36,176 nucleotides of DNA from an uncultured Anaerolineaceae bacterium. Lineage in GTDB: Bacteria; Chloroflexota; Anaerolineae; Aggregatilineales; Phototrophicaceae. Of the stretch, positions 32,467 through 36,176 are shown in pieces. Numbering within the stretch: position 1 is the first letter of the stretch; each line of letters starts with the position of its first letter. The DNA lies in NCBI GenBank assembly GCA_964614375.1, contig CAZTLI010000002.1, forward strand, positions 1-36,176. Direction: 5' to 3'. Below the pieces are notes generated by a model. It saw only the letters and a list, made by a program, of their open reading frames with translations. It did not search any database and had not been told where the DNA came from. The position numbers and the translations under genes are program-made.

Positions 32467-33375
32467 ATGTCAATTCACTTGCGCCAGAATGTTTACAACG
32501 GTGTCAACGCGCACCTGCATAGTGTGCTGCAAACACCCGGCACGGACGAGTCGCCGTCGCCCTGGCGCGGCTTCCATAATCAATTCATCACGCATATTAT
32601 GGAAGCACTCAATGCCGCGTTGCCGCCGGGATACGTCGCGGTCAATGAGCAGTCACTGCAAATTCTGGGCGAGACCGATGGTGGCATCCCGATTCGCAGT
32701 CGTCCGATACCGGATGTTTCGGTCATGCAATCCGGTACTGCACACAAGGCACAAACACAGGCTGCACCGGACACACCCACGCTGGAATTGACCGTTGTCG
32801 AGACGCTTGCGCCCGATAACAGTATTGACGCTGTGCGCGTGTATCGTCAAACAGAACACAGTCTATGGGGGCGGCCTGTCGCGCATATCGAACTGCTGTC
32901 GCCATCAAATATGCCGGGTGAGACGAATTTCGTGGCCTATACGACCAAACGCAGTGCCACCCTCCGCAGCACCATTCCGATGATTGAACTCGACCTGCTG
33001 CACGAATCGCCGTCCCCCATTCACAAAGTCCCGTTGTATCCTATGGAAGTCGGGTCATTTGCGTATGCAGTCATCGTCAGTGACCCGCGACGTACCGCAG
33101 AAGGGCGCGTAAGAGTCTATGGCTTTACGGTGGATGCAGCGATGCCAACGGTGACTATCCCACTCGTCGAGGAGGATGAACTCGGGTTCAATTTTGGCGA
33201 CCCGTATCAAGCGGGTTATGAACGCGGCCCCTGGCATAAACTGGTCGATTATAGTCAGCAGCCCGTGCGGATCGAGACCTATCACGAACAAGATCAAAAT
33301 CGCATCAAAGCGGTGATGGGGCGCGCCGCACAAACATTGGACATGCTCGCCGGGACAGCATCCGGTGATACCTAA
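32467..33375 (+). CDS. DUF4058-family protein (Uma2-related, PD-(D/E)xK-like fold)
   Basis: [31 protein letters not shown] and [11 protein letters not shown] match, from memory, the DUF4058 blocks (..FH..LI..I...L...LP..Y, PDV.V, .E.LSPSNK). Confidence 0.7.
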   Translation: MSIHLRQNVYNGVNAHLHSVLQTPGTDESPSPWRGFHNQFITHIMEALNAALPPGYVAVNEQSLQILGETDGGIPIRSRPIPDVSVMQSGTAHKAQTQAAPDTPTLELTVVETLAPDNSIDAVRVYRQTEHSLWGRPVAHIELLSPSNMPGETNFVAYTTKRSATLRSTIPMIELDLLHESPSPIHKVPLYPMEVGSFAYAVIVSDPRRTAEGRVRVYGFTVDAAMPTVTIPLVEEDELGFNFGDPYQAGYERGPWHKLVDYSQQPVRIETYHEQDQNRIKAVMGRAAQTLDMLAGTASGDT

Positions 33376-33398
33376 TAAGAATAGGAGTTAATTTCATC

Positions 33399-35288
33399 AT
33401 GACGGATAAGGCATTACCCGTTTTTGAAGAACTGGAAAATGTCGTCATTCGCTTCGCGGGCGATTCGGGCGACGGGATGCAGCTTACAGGCACCCAGTTC
33501 ACCAACACGTCGGCGGTCTTCGGCAACGACATCAGCACGCTGCCGGACTTCCCCGCCGAAATCCGCGCGCCTGCCGGAACGCTCGCGGGTGTATCGGGCT
33601 TTCAGGTCAATTTATCCAGCCGCGATATTCAAACGCCCGGTGACGCGCCCAGTGTGCTGGTGGCGATGAACCCGGCGGCGCTGGCAGCCAATATCAAAGA
33701 CCTCGAACCCGGCGGCACAGTCATCGTCAATACCGACGCCTTCACAAGTGCCAACCTCAAAAAAGCCAATCTCGATAGCAATCCGCTGGAAGATGGGTCG
33801 CTCAAAGGGTATGTGGTGCATAAAGTGCCGCTGACCAGCATGAATCGCAAGGCGCTGGAAAGCATTGAGGGCATTTCGTCTAAAGAGATGGATCGCTCAC
33901 AGAACTTCTTCGCGCTCGGTATTTCCTTCTGGATATATGACCGTCCACTGGAAACGACGCTGGCATGGATAGAAGATAAGTTTGGCAAACGGCCAGAAAT
34001 CGCCGAATCCAATCGCAAGGCGCTGGAAGCGGGTTATTATTTTGGCGAAACATCGGAAATCTTCCAGAATCGCTATCGCATCCGTCCGGCGAAACTCGCG
34101 CCCGGCACTTACCGCAAAATCACGGGCAATCAAGCAGTGGCGTTGGGCCTGGTGACGGCGGCGCAAAAAGCCAATAAACCGCTGTTTTATGGCGGTTATC
34201 CGATCACACCCGCCAGCGATATTTTGCACAATCTCGCGCCATTGAAGCACTTCGACGTGCGGACATTTCAGGCCGAAGACGAAATCGCGGCGATGGGCAG
34301 TATCATCGGGGCGGCATTCGGCGGCGCATTCGCTGTTACGGCGACCAGCGGCCCCGGTATCGCGCTCAAGAGCGAGGCGATGAATCTGGCGATGATGCTG
34401 GAACTGCCGATGGTGATTATCAACGTCCAGCGCGGCGGCCCCAGCACCGGGATGCCGACCAAACCCGAACAGGGCGACCTGCTGCAAGTGCTCTATGGGC
34501 GCAATGGCGAATCACCCATCCCGGTGATTGCTCCGGCGACGCCTGCCGACTGTTTTGATGCCGCGATTGAAGCGTTTCGCTGGGCGGTGCGGGCGACGAC
34601 ACCCGTTGTCTTGCTGACCGATGGCTTTCTGGCGAACAGTTCCGAACCCTGGAATATCCCCGACCCGGATAAAATCGCGCCGATTGCAGTCAAGCATCCA
34701 CAAAAATCCAATTCGATGGAAGCCGATGGCAGCTTCTTGCCCTATAAGCGCGATATAGTCACGCTGGCACGTCCGTGGGCGATACCGGGCACAGAAGGTT
34801 TGGAGCATCGCATCGGCGGTCTCTCGAAAGCGCCGAACACAGGCAACGTGTCGTATGACCCCGACCATCAGTGGCAGATGAACAATGACCGCGTAGAAAA
34901 GGTCGAACGCTTGCAAGAAATCATCCCGCCCATACAGGTCTTCGGCCCGGATAAGGGCGCGCTGCTGGTTGTGAGTTGGGGCAGCACCTACGGCGCGGCA
35001 CGGTCTGCGGTGATGCGCGCCCACGCTGCCGATTTGCCGCATGTCGCCCATGTCCATTTGCGCCACATGAACCCACTCCCGCGTGATTTGAAAGCCATCA
35101 TGGCGCGGTATGACCGGGTGATTGTGCCGGAACTGAATTTAGGCCAATTGACGTTTGTGCTGCGCGGCAAGTATGGCATGGGACACATCGAAGCCCTGCC
35201 TAAACTCAATGGACGGCCTTTCACGATTGCCGAAATCATGGAACGCATCCGCCAGATTGTATTGAGCAAAAACGGGCACAAACGTTAA
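33399..35288 (+). CDS. korA: 2-oxoacid:ferredoxin (acceptor) oxidoreductase, alpha subunit (fused gamma-alpha type)
   Basis: [56 protein letters not shown] at the N-terminus, then [53 protein letters not shown] lies upstream of the ATG. Confidence 0.9.
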   Translation: MTDKALPVFEELENVVIRFAGDSGDGMQLTGTQFTNTSAVFGNDISTLPDFPAEIRAPAGTLAGVSGFQVNLSSRDIQTPGDAPSVLVAMNPAALAANIKDLEPGGTVIVNTDAFTSANLKKANLDSNPLEDGSLKGYVVHKVPLTSMNRKALESIEGISSKEMDRSQNFFALGISFWIYDRPLETTLAWIEDKFGKRPEIAESNRKALEAGYYFGETSEIFQNRYRIRPAKLAPGTYRKITGNQAVALGLVTAAQKANKPLFYGGYPITPASDILHNLAPLKHFDVRTFQAEDEIAAMGSIIGAAFGGAFAVTATSGPGIALKSEAMNLAMMLELPMVIINVQRGGPSTGMPTKPEQGDLLQVLYGRNGESPIPVIAPATPADCFDAAIEAFRWAVRATTPVVLLTDGFLANSSEPWNIPDPDKIAPIAVKHPQKSNSMEADGSFLPYKRDIVTLARPWAIPGTEGLEHRIGGLSKAPNTGNVSYDPDHQWQMNNDRVEKVERLQEIIPPIQVFGPDKGALLVVSWGSTYGAARSAVMRAHAADLPHVAHVHLRHMNPLPRDLKAIMARYDRVIVPELNLGQLTFVLRGKYGMGHIEALPKLNGRPFTIAEIMERIRQIVLSKNGHKR

Positions 35289-35309
35289 ATGGGGATGGGC
35301 GGGAAAGGA

Positions 35310-35891
35310 ATGGCGATGGCAGTCCAAACCAGACGCATGACTGTGGATGAGTTCTGGGCGCAATACGCGGGACAACGGTTTGAACTCATCAACGGAGAGG
35401 CCGTAGAAATGGGGACATCGGGAATCTGGCAGTCGTACATTGCTGCGAGAATCGTGAGCTTTCTCATGAACTTTGTGACTGAACGCCAATTGGGTTTAGT
35501 CACCACAGCCGATGGAAGTTATTATCTGACACCACATGATTTGCGCGTGCCGGATGCCGCTTTTATCAACAATGATAAGGTGGCACGATTGCAACACCCT
35601 GAGGGATTCGCGCCGTTCGCACCGGATTTGGCTGTTGAAGTGATTTCACCCACGAATACAGCTATCGAAATGCGCGAAAAAGTGAAACTGTATCTTCAGA
35701 GTGGCACGTCACTGGTTTGGCTCGTCTATCCCGAAACGCGCGAAGTCATCGTCCACTATGCGGATGATACGTCGAAAACATTCTCGATTGAGGATACACT
35801 CGACGGTGGCGACATCCTGCCCGGTTTTACGCTCGCTGTAGCCGACATTTTCCCGCTGAAGCCCACCACCGAAATCGAGGATACTGAATGA
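35310..35891 (+). CDS. Uma2-family (DUF820) putative endonuclease
   Basis: MTVDEFWAQY..RFELINGE..(GIWQSYIAARIV)..LRVPDAAFI..PDLAVEVISPTNT..KVKLYLQSGTSLVWLVYPETREV is the typical Uma2 layout. I prefer the ATG at 35310 (after GGGAAAGGA). ATG 35289 directly abuts the korA stop. The stop overlaps the next start (ATGA at 35888-35891). Confidence 0.85.
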   Translation: MAMAVQTRRMTVDEFWAQYAGQRFELINGEAVEMGTSGIWQSYIAARIVSFLMNFVTERQLGLVTTADGSYYLTPHDLRVPDAAFINNDKVARLQHPEGFAPFAPDLAVEVISPTNTAIEMREKVKLYLQSGTSLVWLVYPETREVIVHYADDTSKTFSIEDTLDGGDILPGFTLAVADIFPLKPTTEIEDTE

Positions 35892-36176
35892 AAGCTGTAC
35901 TCTGTAAAGACTTCGGCCCGCCGGAGTCGCTCACTGTAGAAGAAGTTGACAGCCCGCCTGTGAAAGGTGGCGAAGTCAAAATCGCCGTCCATGCCGCCGG
36001 GGTCAATTTCCCCGATGTGCTGATGGTACAGGGATTGTATCAGGTCAAACCCCCGTTGCCGTTTAGTCCCGGCCTCGAAGTCGCGGGCGATGTGCTGGAA
36101 GTGGGCGCGGGCGTGGAACACGTCAAACCCGGTGACCGCGTAATCGGTATCGCCAATTATGGCGGATTTGCCGAAG
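35888..36176 (+). CDS. NADPH:quinone oxidoreductase-like MDR/zinc-type alcohol dehydrogenase family protein (N-terminal part; continues beyond the window)
   Basis: My translation is MKAVLCKDFGPPESLTVEEVDSPPVKGGEVKIAVHAAGVNFPDVLMVQGLYQVKPPLPFSPGLEVAGDVLEVGAGVEHVKPGDRV. This is the classic quinone-oxidoreductase N-terminal (GroES-like) domain. The ORF is open to the window end, so it is not in the ORF track. Confidence 0.85.
   Translation, partial: MKAVLCKDFGPPESLTVEEVDSPPVKGGEVKIAVHAAGVNFPDVLMVQGLYQVKPPLPFSPGLEVAGDVLEVGAGVEHVKPGDRVIGIANYGGFAE

Noticed and set aside
32467-35891. Treating DUF4058 and Uma2 as a mobile element or as a toxin-antitoxin or restriction system flanking korA
   Set aside because: I saw no terminal inverted repeats, target-site duplication, transposase, methyltransferase or antitoxin-sized partner. 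The observation is kept only as an unusual gene order.

Overview
36.2-kb chromosomal segment of mid-to-high GC (judged by eye, not computed) that is densely coding. I support 31 protein-coding genes, two of them cut by the window edges. I found no rRNA, tRNA, CRISPR array, transposase, integrase or prophage genes. The gene content suggests a Chloroflexota-like filamentous bacterium, but that is a low-confidence inference from GH116, Uma2 plus DUF4058, GT39/YfhO GT-C proteins, a Hanks kinase and REP-like GGACAC palindromes. Left to right: a GT2 glycosyltransferase (partial); a secreted PA14/SH3b protein; LacI plus a GH116 beta-glucosidase with two matching operator palindromes; a single-domain response regulator; a MOSC protein; a minus-strand FAD-oxidoreductase/SnoaL-like/membrane Ser-Thr kinase cluster; a molybdopterin oxidoreductase plus a PD40 propeller; a stand-alone TIR-domain protein; a minus-strand block of four GNAT genes (7 GNAT domains) plus DUF1801 and a small membrane protein; a channel-like protein, a hydrolase and a lipoprotein; acylphosphatase; a three-gene GT-C operon (2x GT39-like plus YfhO-like); and CBS, DUF4058, korA, Uma2 and a quinone oxidoreductase (partial). 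The best leads are: (1) the TIR protein with an unplaceable C-terminal domain and its own promoter and palindrome; (2) the tandem array of RimJ/RimL-type GNAT genes, three of them double-GNAT fusions; (3) the translationally coupled GT-C operon; (4) a Hanks kinase carried on a roughly 400-aa polytopic sensor module; (5) korA without an adjacent korB, bracketed by two nuclease-fold genes; (6) non-coding oddities, namely a roughly 24% GC island with duplicated hairpin modules, an orphan minus-strand terminator, a 16-bp tandem repeat seeded on a stop codon, and a structured element upstream of a terminator. None of these is a demonstrated new system. All functional calls come from motif recognition by eye and need database and structure searches.
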